Below, one piece after another: positions 12,629 to 21,725 of a DNA stretch of 64,000 bases. The notes beneath the pieces are model-generated. The model saw only the letters and a list, made by a program, of their open reading frames with translations. It was not told the DNA's origin and searched no databases. Each line of letters starts with the position of its first letter. Positions within the stretch are counted from its first letter, which is position 1. This DNA comes from Candidatus Bathyarchaeota archaeon. GTDB lineage: Archaea; Thermoproteota; Bathyarchaeia; Bathyarchaeales; Bathycorpusculaceae. Location of the stretch: positions 20,565-84,564 of the forward strand of contig CAVZKL010000027.1 of assembly GCA_963775895.1 (NCBI GenBank), given 5' to 3'. The translations under genes were made by a program, and so were the position numbers.

Positions 12629-12883
12629 TTAGCTCTTTCCAAAGTTCTTAACAACTTCAGCAATGTCCCTCAGATCTATGCGTCCATCTAGGTTGAGATC
12701 ACAGGCAGGATTCCATCTGGGATCAGACGGAAAAGCTCCAAAAGCTTTCACAACAAGTGCTACATCTTTCATGTCAACCTTTCCGTCACCATTGACATCA
12801 CCTGCAATAGCATGTACCGAAGAGATGCAGAACACAGACATGAGGAACAGTAGAGCTATTCCGACAAGTATTTTCCGGTTCAC
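12629..12883 (-). CDS. Secreted dockerin type I domain protein
   Basis: Signal peptide (..SSVHA) then GDVNGDGKVDMKD and DLNLDGRIDLRD duplicated Ca-binding repeats. Confidence 0.85.
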   Translation of the reverse strand: MNRKILVGIALLFLMSVFCISSVHAIAGDVNGDGKVDMKDVALVVKAFGAFPSDPRWNPACDLNLDGRIDLRDIAEVVKNFGKS

Positions 12884-13041
12884 GGGTTATCACCTCAAGA
12901 TAACATACGTATGTTGAATCACTAAAGATTGTTTTCAGTTTAACGCGTTGAAATGATGGTTGAAGTCCTGTTGAATGAGTTTACTCTGTTGAAAGAGGGA
13001 ATTTTGATTGAGCATGCACGCTAAAGTCTAGGCATAAAAGA

Positions 13042-13959
13042 CTACTTGTTGTATTTCTCCCTAAGCTGTGGGATGGCCTCCGTCGCTATCCTCTCGAACA
13101 TGGGCAGCTGCTCCTCACGGTAAGGATAGTAGAGTCCGAACTCGGTAATCCCCACCCCGATGAATTTCTGCACCATATCGACGAAGATTTCCTCTGATTC
13201 ATAGTAGTTAATCAACCCACCACTCGTTCGAGCCTTCGTATCGAACATCAAGTAAGAACGACGAAGTGAGGAGGGGTCCCTCCCGATATCTGAACAGTAT
13301 TTGTCAACAAGTTGGTTGCGTTTGCGCGTCTCATCCAGCTGTTCCTCTAGAGTGTTGGCTTGGCTGATTGAATTCCAAGTATCCGCGTATCGAGCCGCAT
13401 ACTTCATCATAATGATCCTCCATGCAGCAATGGTGATGGGAGGACGAGGTTTCTGAATCGAACGCGGTTTCATCACGGCTCCCTCAACATTGTAATAGCG
13501 TCCTTTGTAGGTTGTGACCTCGTTTGACAACATTTGATCCACGATCTCAACATACTCTTTGAAGCGTGCCACTCTTTCTTTGTTGCTCCAATTCGGGATA
13601 CCCATCATGTCACAGGCAGGGTCGATTCGAAACCCCGTGCCCAAGCCCAGCTCCAGTCGACCGTTCGAAATGTGGTCGACCGTCAGGGCTTGACGGGCAA
13701 GGAGAGCAGGGTTCCGGAATGGAATCTGAGTCACCAACGTTGCTAGTCGTATGTTGGTTGTTTCAGCAGCTACCGCAGCTAGGAGGGTCCATAGCTCAAA
13801 CCAGGGGTCATTTGGGTTAGACCAATTTACAAAATGGTCTCCGGTCCCTGTGATATCGAAGCCTAACTCTTCAACGTGTTTAAAACGCTTAATCATCTCT
13901 TTCCAAGATGCGTTTGGCAATGGACCTGTGAAGAATCTCAGCTTATGATTCAACTTCAT
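13042..13959 (-). CDS. LLM-class flavin/F420-dependent oxidoreductase
   Basis: GDHF, LAAVAAETTNIRL, FRNPALLARQALTVDHISNGRLELGLGTG, QKPRPPI. Confidence 0.9.
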   Translation of the reverse strand: MKLNHKLRFFTGPLPNASWKEMIKRFKHVEELGFDITGTGDHFVNWSNPNDPWFELWTLLAAVAAETTNIRLATLVTQIPFRNPALLARQALTVDHISNGRLELGLGTGFRIDPACDMMGIPNWSNKERVARFKEYVEIVDQMLSNEVTTYKGRYYNVEGAVMKPRSIQKPRPPITIAAWRIIMMKYAARYADTWNSISQANTLEEQLDETRKRNQLVDKYCSDIGRDPSSLRRSYLMFDTKARTSGGLINYYESEEIFVDMVQKFIGVGITEFGLYYPYREEQLPMFERIATEAIPQLREKYNK

Positions 13960-13999
13960 ATTCTTCTCGATGTTTTTGTTATACACTTCTAAGGATAAG

Positions 14000-14025
14000 G
14001 GTTTGGGGTAAAGTTTTATCCAACC
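14000..14025. repeat. Imperfect palindromic repeat, copy A (GGTTTGGGGTAAAGTTTTATCCAACC)
   Basis: 16-bp core GGGGTAAAGTTTTATC identical to 17513-17528; related inverted copy at 17784-17808. Confidence 0.75.
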
Positions 14026-14058
14026 ACACCAAATCAAAAAGACTGTGCGCGCGTCACT

Positions 14059-14856
14059 TCATACTCCTATCTTGAATAGTAATTGACTTAGAGTTTCAAC
14101 CGTTACCCCAATGCTTTTCAGATAAGCCATCTGAATTGTAAAGTCATCTGTCGTAACACTATATTCAGTTCCACTGTCCAATTGATGATAAACCAACGCT
14201 ACTATCTCACTTCCACCAGCAGAATCCGTAATATTCTCAAAAATGTCAATGTTTGTCATGTTGGTGATTGTGTAAGCTGGAATTGCCCATCTGTCAAACT
14301 CAGTGTCATTTATGTCGAAACTTCCTTCCTCAACTGTTCTTGCTGAAAGATAATACTTAGCAACTTCATTCCTTACTGTATTGTTATCGAAACCTTCTCC
14401 CTCTGGATATATGAATAACTTTGAATCATAACCTTGTTCCTTGAGAACCTTCTGACTTTGCGAAAGTTCAAAATCTAGTTCAGCAGAAGACACATTGTTT
14501 AGATTTGGGTGTGTTACTGAATGACTTTCAATGTCATTGCCTTTATCGAACAATTGCTTCACTTCGTCCCAAGTAACGTATGCTGGATATTCTCCATCAA
14601 CATAACTTGTTACTATTCCGAATGTAGCTTTGAATCCAAAAGTATCAAGTATTTCAGACATATTCATTTGACTCTTCCAACCGTCATCAAAAAACAATAT
14701 TACCACACTTTGATTATCATTTGGAATGTTTGGACTATAGATTATGGCATCTAATGTAGAAGAAGGTAAAGTAATTACAAATTCGTAAGCTATGAATCCG
14801 AAAGTGACACAAAATATGAGAACGAACACTATTAATAGATTATTCATGCTTCTCAT
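14059..14856 (-). CDS. Membrane-anchored polysaccharide deacetylase (NodB/CE4)
   Basis: N-terminal TM; FFDDG, IESHSVTHPNL, FIYPEG, LVYH motifs. Confidence 0.88.
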   Translation of the reverse strand: MRSMNNLLIVFVLIFCVTFGFIAYEFVITLPSSTLDAIIYSPNIPNDNQSVVILFFDDGWKSQMNMSEILDTFGFKATFGIVTSYVDGEYPAYVTWDEVKQLFDKGNDIESHSVTHPNLNNVSSAELDFELSQSQKVLKEQGYDSKLFIYPEGEGFDNNTVRNEVAKYYLSARTVEEGSFDINDTEFDRWAIPAYTITNMTNIDIFENITDSAGGSEIVALVYHQLDSGTEYSVTTDDFTIQMAYLKSIGVTVETLSQLLFKIGV

Positions 14857-16007
14857 CCAGTATGCTCAGTCTTAGTTTCTCCCCATGACTTTGTAAAAGA
14901 AGAAAGAATGAAAACTAGTAACCAATGGTAAGAAAAAATATAATGTGCTGGAAGATATTTCAACAAACGCTTTCCATTATTCTTGATTAAAACAATCGAC
15001 ACTGCTACATAAACACTTAAAGATGAAATTAGCCAAACAGCTACAGGAGGATACCAATATTTTATAGAATTTGTCAATATATAAACTGCCATCAAACAGT
15101 TTGAAGAATACCACGCAATGTTGTAAAATGGATGAACCATATAAAGAAAATCAGCGAAGTTCATCTTTTCTCTAAAACGTTTTTTCATAACATTAAAATG
15201 ACCTTTATTCCATCGTCTTCTCTGACGAAAAACTGTTGACCAAGTAGAAGGTTTTTCATCAAACGAAATTAGATTTGGAACATACATTATTTTTGCTTTT
15301 TCTTTTTCAAGTTTGCAGAATAAATCATAATCTTCTGTTAATTCGTGGTCCCATCCACCTACTTTTTCGATAAGTTTTTTTCTGAAGAATACTCCAGTAC
15401 CTCCTAACGTGCAACTAATATTCCACGCATTTCTTCCTCCCCAATATATATGAGCAAACGCTTCGTATTCTAAACATTGAACTTTTGTTAGTATGTTAAA
15501 ATTCTCGTTTGCTGTTTTGAGTTTTGACTGAATAGCGTCTGCATTTACTGGAGGCTCAAAATACTTAACGGCTCTTTCTAAATATGTGTTTGAATTGATT
15601 CTATTATCAGCATCCATTTCTAAAATCAAATCGCCCTTGGCATATTTTAATGCGTAATTTAATGGATATGTTTTACCACTTTTAGCTGTTTTAAGTGGTA
15701 GCACTCTAATTCTTGGATCTGAATATTTTAGAGCTACTTCTTCAGTATTATCTTTACAATTATGAGGTATTACAATTATCTCAAAGTTCTTATATGTCTG
15801 AACGAGTAAGTCAGAAATGAGATTTCCTATGACTTTTCCTTCATTGTTTGCTGGTATAAAAACTGAAACCATTTTACTGCTTTCTGTTTTTTCATTTGTT
15901 TTGGGTGGATGATAGAATAAACTTGAAACAGCAAAAAACACCCACGTAAGTGCATACAATGCCATAAAAGAAGAAATTATGATTGAAAGTATAGAAACAT
16001 CAATCAT
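14853..16007 (-). CDS. Processive-type GT2 (IcaA/PgaC/cellulose-synthase-like)
   Basis: IPANNEG, GKTYPLN, MDAD, LGGTG, LTEDYD, QRRRW; TM helices at both ends. Confidence 0.88.
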   Translation of the reverse strand: MIDVSILSIIISSFMALYALTWVFFAVSSLFYHPPKTNEKTESSKMVSVFIPANNEGKVIGNLISDLLVQTYKNFEIIVIPHNCKDNTEEVALKYSDPRIRVLPLKTAKSGKTYPLNYALKYAKGDLILEMDADNRINSNTYLERAVKYFEPPVNADAIQSKLKTANENFNILTKVQCLEYEAFAHIYWGGRNAWNISCTLGGTGVFFRKKLIEKVGGWDHELTEDYDLFCKLEKEKAKIMYVPNLISFDEKPSTWSTVFRQRRRWNKGHFNVMKKRFREKMNFADFLYMVHPFYNIAWYSSNCLMAVYILTNSIKYWYPPVAVWLISSLSVYVAVSIVLIKNNGKRLLKYLPAHYIFSYHWLLVFILSSFTKSWGETKTEHTG

Positions 16008-16387
16008 CCAATAACACCTACAGGCAAAGGCAAAGAAAATCCAATTGAAGACAAAAGCGTAGTTACGAGAATTGTAGAAACAGAGCTAGCAAACAAAAAA
16101 GTTAACAAAAAAAGAGCTAAGTCACTTAGATTTTCAATGCCCAATTCTGATCGTAATGGTCTAGCATGTATCTTACTACGAGACAAAGTAACAAAAATCA
16201 AAAGAGTAACTATTATTCCTATAGGAGATGCTAGTGTCCTTGTAAAAACTACACCAACCATACTAGAAGCAATAATTATTAATATCCACACATAAAATTT
16301 CACTCTATAAGCGCGCGCTTTGGTTATTCCAGAAACTGCTATAGAATATTTATTCTTCTTCTTGCGTAGAAACATTAAATGCACCAT
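16004..16387 (-). CDS. Small multi-TM membrane protein
   Basis: Basic N-terminus then about 3-4 hydrophobic segments; overlaps both neighbours in operon fashion. Confidence 0.65.
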   Translation of the reverse strand: MVHLMFLRKKKNKYSIAVSGITKARAYRVKFYVWILIIIASSMVGVVFTRTLASPIGIIVTLLIFVTLSRSKIHARPLRSELGIENLSDLALFLLTFLFASSVSTILVTTLLSSIGFSLPLPVGVIG

Positions 16388-17174
16388 TTTCTAGCGCGCG
16401 CGCCAAAAATTTCTTATATTCTTCATCTATGTTTATCGCACCTTGAAGAATAGGTGAACTCATCATATGAAGAAGATAGCGAACATCTTTTGGAAGACAT
16501 TCACCACCTATGCCTTTTCGTGCTTCAAGTATTTGCAAACTATAATCTTCCCTTTTTAGAGTATTACAAGCACGCCTAAGTTCTGCAAAAGAAACCTTAC
16601 TTTTCTTACAAGCCATCAACAACGATTCTGCAAATGCAATTTGAACGAAACGATATGCATTCTCTGTCACTTTTGTCATTTCTGCAATTTCCAATGATGA
16701 CAAAACTGTTATAGGAATGCCGAGACTTTCGTAAAATCCTTTTCCTAATACTAAACTTTCATCATTTAGTGCTCCAAAAACTCTTTTTTGTACTACACCG
16801 TAGTTCTTTTGGTCGTATTGCCACCATCTATGTGGACAAACAACTACATGATTAAACCCGTATTTGTTTGCCATTGCTCTTGCTGTACCAACTGATAAAG
16901 TAGATTCAAAACAAATAAGCGATTCTTTGTCTGCTATTTTACTGCAAACTGAATCTACAGCAGACATATCGGGCTCATTATTCTTGAACCAAGTGTTTAC
17001 TGCAATAATATAAACATCTGGGTCTTCTAATTTCATTGAAGCTTTCAATCCCGCTTTGATGGCCGTCTCTATAGCGACACTAGATATATCACACCCATAC
17101 GTTTCATAAAATTTAGAAACATGCAAAGCTACTGGCAACCCTATGTTTCCTAGTCCTATTACACAAACTTTCAT
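16350..17174 (-). CDS. UDP-glucose/GDP-mannose dehydrogenase family protein (short)
   Basis: MKVCVIGLGNIGLP, FEST, AEMTKVTENAYR..IAFA, GIGGECLPKD; lacks the usual C-terminal domain. Confidence 0.85.
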   Translation of the reverse strand: MKVCVIGLGNIGLPVALHVSKFYETYGCDISSVAIETAIKAGLKASMKLEDPDVYIIAVNTWFKNNEPDMSAVDSVCSKIADKESLICFESTLSVGTARAMANKYGFNHVVVCPHRWWQYDQKNYGVVQKRVFGALNDESLVLGKGFYESLGIPITVLSSLEIAEMTKVTENAYRFVQIAFAESLLMACKKSKVSFAELRRACNTLKREDYSLQILEARKGIGGECLPKDVRYLLHMMSSPILQGAINIDEEYKKFLARALENGAFNVSTQEEE

Positions 17175-17267
17175 ATCGCGCGCGCAGGGTGTCATATACT
17201 CTGCGTCATGGGAACCTATTTGGCCTGATCCAATTATGAGCATGTCAGATTTGCTAACGCTCAAGCC

Positions 17268-17307
17268 TTACGACCTCAGAATCCGTATACGGAATCTTGA
17301 GTCGTAA
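17268..17307. promoter_or_regulatory. 40-bp imperfect inverted repeat upstream of the polysaccharide operon
   Basis: TTACGACCTCAGAATCCGTATACGGAATCTTGAGTCGTAA, with perfect core TCCGTATACGGA and ends TTACGAC/GTCGTAA; function unknown. Confidence 0.5.
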
Positions 17308-17507
17308 TAAACGTTGTGCCAGCCCTGTCTTACACAACTACACACACCGCGAAACGACCTTTTCATAGCGCGCTATTGGTCTTAGGTTTATTATGAGGGG
17401 TAAATTTTCGTTCTTTTTTGACCCTCGTAGCATCAACTGACTATCCTGTCCTTTTCTGTTACACTGATATTCCGTGTGGTCGTCGTGGTCCGTGATCGTT
17501 CGTCGTT

Positions 17508-17528
17508 GGTTGGGGGTAAAGTTTTATC
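17508..17528. repeat. Repeat copy B (GGTTGGGGGTAAAGTTTTATC), same orientation as copy A
   Basis: Direct match to 14000-14020. Confidence 0.75.
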
Positions 17529-17582
17529 GCACGCGCGGTACATTTTTAACTGTCTTTCGTCCAATAGAGTGAAGGTGCGTTC

Positions 17583-17756
17583 ATGGACAAGTATGATGTC
17601 CTGTTCCTTTTTGGGGCTATCTTAGCACTGTGTGGTGCTATCTTGGCTGCACCCTTGCAGCTGCAAGGAGGCAATAATCCTGGAGTGGTGCTTCTGTTCG
17701 TGGGAATCATTGTGATGATTGTCGGCGTAGCTCTCAAGTTCACCAAAAAGCCATAG
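17583..17756 (+). CDS. Small two-TM membrane protein (57 aa), not in ORF track
   Basis: ATG..TAG; MDKYDVLFLFGAILALCGAILAAPLQLQGGNNPGVVLLFVGIIVMIVGVALKFTKKP; GAAGGTG upstream. Confidence 0.6.
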   Translation: MDKYDVLFLFGAILALCGAILAAPLQLQGGNNPGVVLLFVGIIVMIVGVALKFTKKP

Positions 17757-17783
17757 TCAGGTTGTGGTTTACCTGTTGGGTTT

Positions 17784-17808
17784 GGTTCGATAAAACTTCA
17801 CGTCAACC
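17784..17808. repeat. Repeat copy C, inverted (reverse complement GGTTGACGTGAAGTTTTATCGAACC)
   Basis: Shares AAGTTTTATC core and GGTT/AACC ends with copy A. Confidence 0.65.
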
Positions 17809-17935
17809 AACCAAAATGACGATGAATGCGGAAAAGTCATAGCTGAAACCGAAAATGGGGAAGTATCGTTCTGTAAATGAACCGAGTTATTGGATGTGGC
17901 CATAGTCTTAAATAGATCCCTGAAAGAGTGTTTTT

Positions 17936-18334
17936 TTGGCAAACATCATGAATTTGGCGAAACTGTTGTGGGTGTGTGCGTTTGCCTTTATGGTCTATCT
18001 ATCGTTGTTGCTTCTCAGACTGTCTAGTGTCCTGGGAAGCGAGTTCGACATCTTGATGCGATCGGTTTCAGCTATTGACTTAATCTTGTTAGGAGTTTTT
18101 GTGGGAACACTCATCTCGCAAAAGCAGATTCGAGTTCGAGCGATGCTGTTACCCTCTCTCTTGTTTGTCCTAGGATTCTTAGCTGCTCCATTCGTTGGAA
18201 TTGGAGTGCTGGTGCTGTTTGAAAACCTAGGTTTTGACAATCCAGCGATGTTTGGAGTGAGTATCACAACCTACCTCTTTCTCTACATGGGACTATGGTT
18301 CTGGCTTAAAAAGAAGGGCATATTCAAGAGGTGA
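17936..18334 (+). CDS. Hypothetical four-TM membrane protein
   Basis: Four hydrophobic segments, basic C-terminus. Confidence 0.6.
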   Translation: MANIMNLAKLLWVCAFAFMVYLSLLLLRLSSVLGSEFDILMRSVSAIDLILLGVFVGTLISQKQIRVRAMLLPSLLFVLGFLAAPFVGIGVLVLFENLGFDNPAMFGVSITTYLFLYMGLWFWLKKKGIFKR

Positions 18335-18538
18335 AACACTTAAAAGCGCGTGCGAAGCTGGCAATGTGGCGATCGGATACGCGGCAGTTCTATGCATACA
18401 CCAAATTGAACATAACGGCCACGTAGAAACTACTTAAACGCTGCTACATTCACCTCGAGCTAGGACAACGCGTGGAACCTGAATCTGAATTCGGTCTTCA
18501 TAATCGAGATATCCCCCTCAACAGCAGACCCTCACCCT

Positions 18539-18904
18539 ATGGAATCAGAAACCGAGAAACCCGCGATTCAAATAGACGCGCAAAACAAACGGGAGACTCG
18601 TCCAAAAAACTTTGTGCTGTACGAGGAATTCAGCCACAAAAACATTGCGGAAACCATCAAAATTCACAGAACCAAGTTCGAACGGGCAAACGCTGAAAAG
18701 AAGAACAGTCTCGAAGTCGAAGCCGACGACGAAGTACAAGCCTTCCGCATCTGGCTCGAAGAAACCAAACACTTCCAACCCATCGAAGCCCACTACTACT
18801 CGATAAGCCTCAAAAGCCTACTCGTCGGCCTACCCACAGGCATCAGCCTCGCACGCCTGTTCAACACAATCCTCGACAGACTCCCCACACCCGACGACGT
18901 TTAA
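18539..18904 (+). CDS. Hypothetical protein
   Basis: 121-aa ATG ORF with coding-like composition. Confidence 0.55.
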   Translation: MESETEKPAIQIDAQNKRETRPKNFVLYEEFSHKNIAETIKIHRTKFERANAEKKNSLEVEADDEVQAFRIWLEETKHFQPIEAHYYSISLKSLLVGLPTGISLARLFNTILDRLPTPDDV

Positions 18905-19033
18905 CACGCACACACCGGGCATATTTGGATCCTAATATTCATGATACATTGAAACCGAGGAGGGGGAGGTACACAATAAGCTTTTTTCAGCGAATAAACA
19001 GCCTCCAACCCACACTCAAACCGCGCTAAAACC

Positions 19034-19405
19034 CTAACCGGCTGCACTAATCCTTCTTATGCCTCTCCTTCTCATCCGCTTTTTCCCATGTTTCTTCCTG
19101 AAAAACCAAGGATAACGCTGCATATCCTCATAAATGGGTCTCGGCATGCGACCCGTGTAAACGTCCGGACGCCCCTCAGGGTTCACCAACGGATACTTCA
19201 TCCTAGCATTCTTAATCGTGACCCAGTACACAAAATACACCGAAAACACGAAGGCAGCCACCGCCAACGCCAACGGCCAAATCAACCCAGCGTAAGCAAG
19301 ACCACCCATCGGAAGCAAATACAAGAGAACGACAAACAGGAAACCCAACCAGAACCTCGTCTTCCTGCGCATCCCACCCACCAAAAACACAATGGAAACA
19401 ACCAA
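19034..19405 (-). CDS. Hypothetical two-TM membrane protein with basic tail
   Basis: RRKTRF then two TM segments; R/K-rich C-terminus. Confidence 0.55.
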   Translation of the reverse strand: MVVSIVFLVGGMRRKTRFWLGFLFVVLLYLLPMGGLAYAGLIWPLALAVAAFVFSVYFVYWVTIKNARMKYPLVNPEGRPDVYTGRMPRPIYEDMQRYPWFFRKKHGKKRMRRRGIRRISAAG

Positions 19406-19527
19406 CTCTTACATCTTACGGTCAACACCCAAGCCCAGCTCTCCACACTCCACCGAGAAACAAACGAGAAGTTGTCAAAAAACAGAACCACCAAACAGCT
19501 TTGAATTGATTTTAAACCATTTTGACC

Positions 19528-19546
19528 GAAGGAAAACCATATAAAT
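19528..19546 (+). promoter_or_regulatory. Putative BRE/TATA promoter of the ribosomal protein operon
   Basis: GAAGGAAAACCATATAAAT about 45 bp upstream of the rpl22 ATG. Confidence 0.5.
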
Positions 19547-19588
19547 CACCATACCGCTGTTGAATTGCACAACTGGAGAGTACATAGA

Positions 19589-20077
19589 ATGCCAAAATGG
19601 GGATACTCGATACCCGAAGAAAGGCTGGACCCCGAAAAAAGCGTGAAAGCCAGCGCACGCGAGATCAGAGTATCCCATAAAGCAGCCAGAGAAGTGTGCA
19701 AAGCCATAAAAGGAATGATGCTAACCCAGGCCAAAAAGTACCTCAACGACGTCATCGCCAAGAAAAAACCCGTGCCGTACAAACGCTTCACAAAAAAAGT
19801 CGGACACAGACACGGGTTGGAAAAGGCTTTCGCCGGCAGATACCCCGTGAAAGCCTCAAAACACATCCTCAAACTCCTCGAAGGCGCCGAAGCCAACGCT
19901 GAAAACAAAGGCTTAGACACAGACCGCATGCGCATCATCCACGCGGCTTCTCATCAAGGCATGAAACAAAAACGTTTTCAACCCAGGGCCCAAGGAAGAG
20001 CAAGCCCCAGTTTTGAAACCCTAACACACGTGGAAGTGGCCCTCGAAGAAATGGGCGAGAAAGGAGAAGCCACGTAA
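19589..20077 (+). CDS. rpl22: 50S ribosomal protein uL22
   Basis: VSHKAAREVC, VGHRHG, GRYPVKA, PRAQGRA. Confidence 0.95.
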   Translation: MPKWGYSIPEERLDPEKSVKASAREIRVSHKAAREVCKAIKGMMLTQAKKYLNDVIAKKKPVPYKRFTKKVGHRHGLEKAFAGRYPVKASKHILKLLEGAEANAENKGLDTDRMRIIHAASHQGMKQKRFQPRAQGRASPSFETLTHVEVALEEMGEKGEAT

Positions 20078-20893
20078 TGTCAGTCGTCAAACACTTCATA
20101 ACAGAATCCATCAAAAGAACAGAAATCGACGAGTACCTGCAGAAAAAACTCGACAGAGCCGGCTACGGCGGCGTGAACATCTCAAAAACCCCGCTGGGAA
20201 CCCACATCGTCATCTACGCGATGCGCCCCGGCATCGTCATAGGACGCGGCGGAGAAACCATAAGAGAACTCGCAACCTTTCTACAAGAACGATTCAACGT
20301 TTCAAACCCGCAGATCTCTGTTTCTGAAATAGAAGTTCCCGAACTAAACGCTTACGTCGTGGCATCACGCGTTGCCTCCGCCCTGCAGCGAGGAGTACAC
20401 TTCAGACGCGCAGGCTTCTGGTCTCTGAACCAGGTCATGGAGGCAGGCGCCTTAGGCGCCGAAATAGTCATCAGCGGAAAACTCAGAACCGAACGAGCAA
20501 GATTCGAGAAGTTCCGCGCCGGCTACCTAGTCAAGTGCGGCGAACCATCCCTCAAGTACATGCAGAAAGCCGAAGTCCACGTGCAACTCAAACCCGGCAT
20601 GTTCGGAATAAGAGTCAGAATCATGCCGCCAGACGCCGTTTTTCCAGACAAACTGAAAATCGTCGAAACCGCACCACCCGACGAAGAACTCGCAGCGAAA
20701 GCGGCTGAAAAAGAAGCCAAAACAGAAGAAGTCGAGACCGACGAAGAAGCGACCGAAGAAACAGTACAAGAAGAGACCCAACAGGCCGTAGAAGCCACGG
20801 AAACCGAAGCTACCAAACCTGAAACCGAAGAAGCCGAGGCCAAAGAACGCCGAACCCCAAGAACCCGAACAGAAAGAGGAGGACGACAAGTAA
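20077..20893 (+). CDS. rps3: 30S ribosomal protein uS3 with acidic tail (frameshift near 20848)
   Basis: RPGIVIGRGG KH motif, HFRRAG, ISGKLRTERAR; true stop probably TAA 20891-20893 in the shifted frame. Confidence 0.95.
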
Positions 20894-21129
20894 TGCCGAT
20901 CATCCGAATCAAAGACATACGAAACCTCTCAGCGGAAGACAGAACCGCAAGACTCGAAGAAATGCGCACCGAACTCATGCGATTGAAAACCATGATCAAG
21001 GCAGGCGGAACGGTCGAAAACCCAGCGAGAATGAGACAGCTGCGCAAGACAATCGCCAAGATACTCACGGTGGAACATGAAGAAAAGCTTGGAATAAGAA
21101 CCAAGACAGAAAGGAAGAAAACCAAATGA
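20893..21129 (+). CDS. rpl29: 50S ribosomal protein uL29
   Basis: MPIIRIKDIR..ENPARMRQLRKTIAKILT; ATG overlaps TAA (TAATG). Confidence 0.92.
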   Translation: MPIIRIKDIRNLSAEDRTARLEEMRTELMRLKTMIKAGGTVENPARMRQLRKTIAKILTVEHEEKLGIRTKTERKKTK

Positions 21130-21407
21130 ACGTGACCCCGGACATCGTTCGCCGCGAACTCATAGGAACACACGCAAAGATAAGCAAAAGCAGCCACCGA
21201 GGCAACGTAGGAATATCCGGAAAAATCTTGGACGAGACGCGAAACACCTTCACGATCCTGCACAACGGAAGAACGAAAACAATCATAAAAAACACAAACG
21301 TTTTTCACTTCAAGTTTCACGATGACACCGTCGTTGAAATCGACGGAAAAATCCTCGTCGGAAGACCAGAAGACCGTCTCAAGAAGACCATCAGGAGACT
21401 ATGGTAA
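21126..21407 (+). CDS. rnp1: Ribonuclease P protein component 1 (Rpp29)
   Basis: ELIG, GKILDETRNT, IDGKILVGRPEDRLKK. Confidence 0.93.
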   Translation: MNVTPDIVRRELIGTHAKISKSSHRGNVGISGKILDETRNTFTILHNGRTKTIIKNTNVFHFKFHDDTVVEIDGKILVGRPEDRLKKTIRRLW

Positions 21408-21724
21408 TGTCACTAACCTTCAAGAAACCAAAGAAAGCATGCGACGACATAAACTGCCCGTTTCACGGAGAACTACCCGTGAGAGGCCGCGTTTTTGAAG
21501 GAATCGTCGTGAGCGCGAAAATGGACAAAACCGTGGTTGTGGAACGCAACTACCTCCAGTACATATCGAAGTTTCACAGGTACGAGAGAAGACGCAGCCG
21601 AATTCCATCGCACAACCCACCATGCATAGACGCCAAAGAAGGCGACCGCGTGGTCATAGCCGAAACCCGCCCAGTCAGCAAGACAGTCTCGTTCGCCGTC
21701 GTCGAAAAAGTGGAGGAAAAATAG
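21407..21724 (+). CDS. rps17: 30S ribosomal protein uS17
   Basis: [36 protein letters not shown]. Confidence 0.95.
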   Translation: MSLTFKKPKKACDDINCPFHGELPVRGRVFEGIVVSAKMDKTVVVERNYLQYISKFHRYERRRSRIPSHNPPCIDAKEGDRVVIAETRPVSKTVSFAVVEKVEEK

Positions 21725-21725
21725 C

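Noticed and set aside
20077-21129. Apparent uS3-uL29 fusion protein
   Set aside because: An alternative frame reads ..AEPQEPEQKEEDDK* with a TAATG stop/start overlap at 20891-20895; a single indel explains the fusion.
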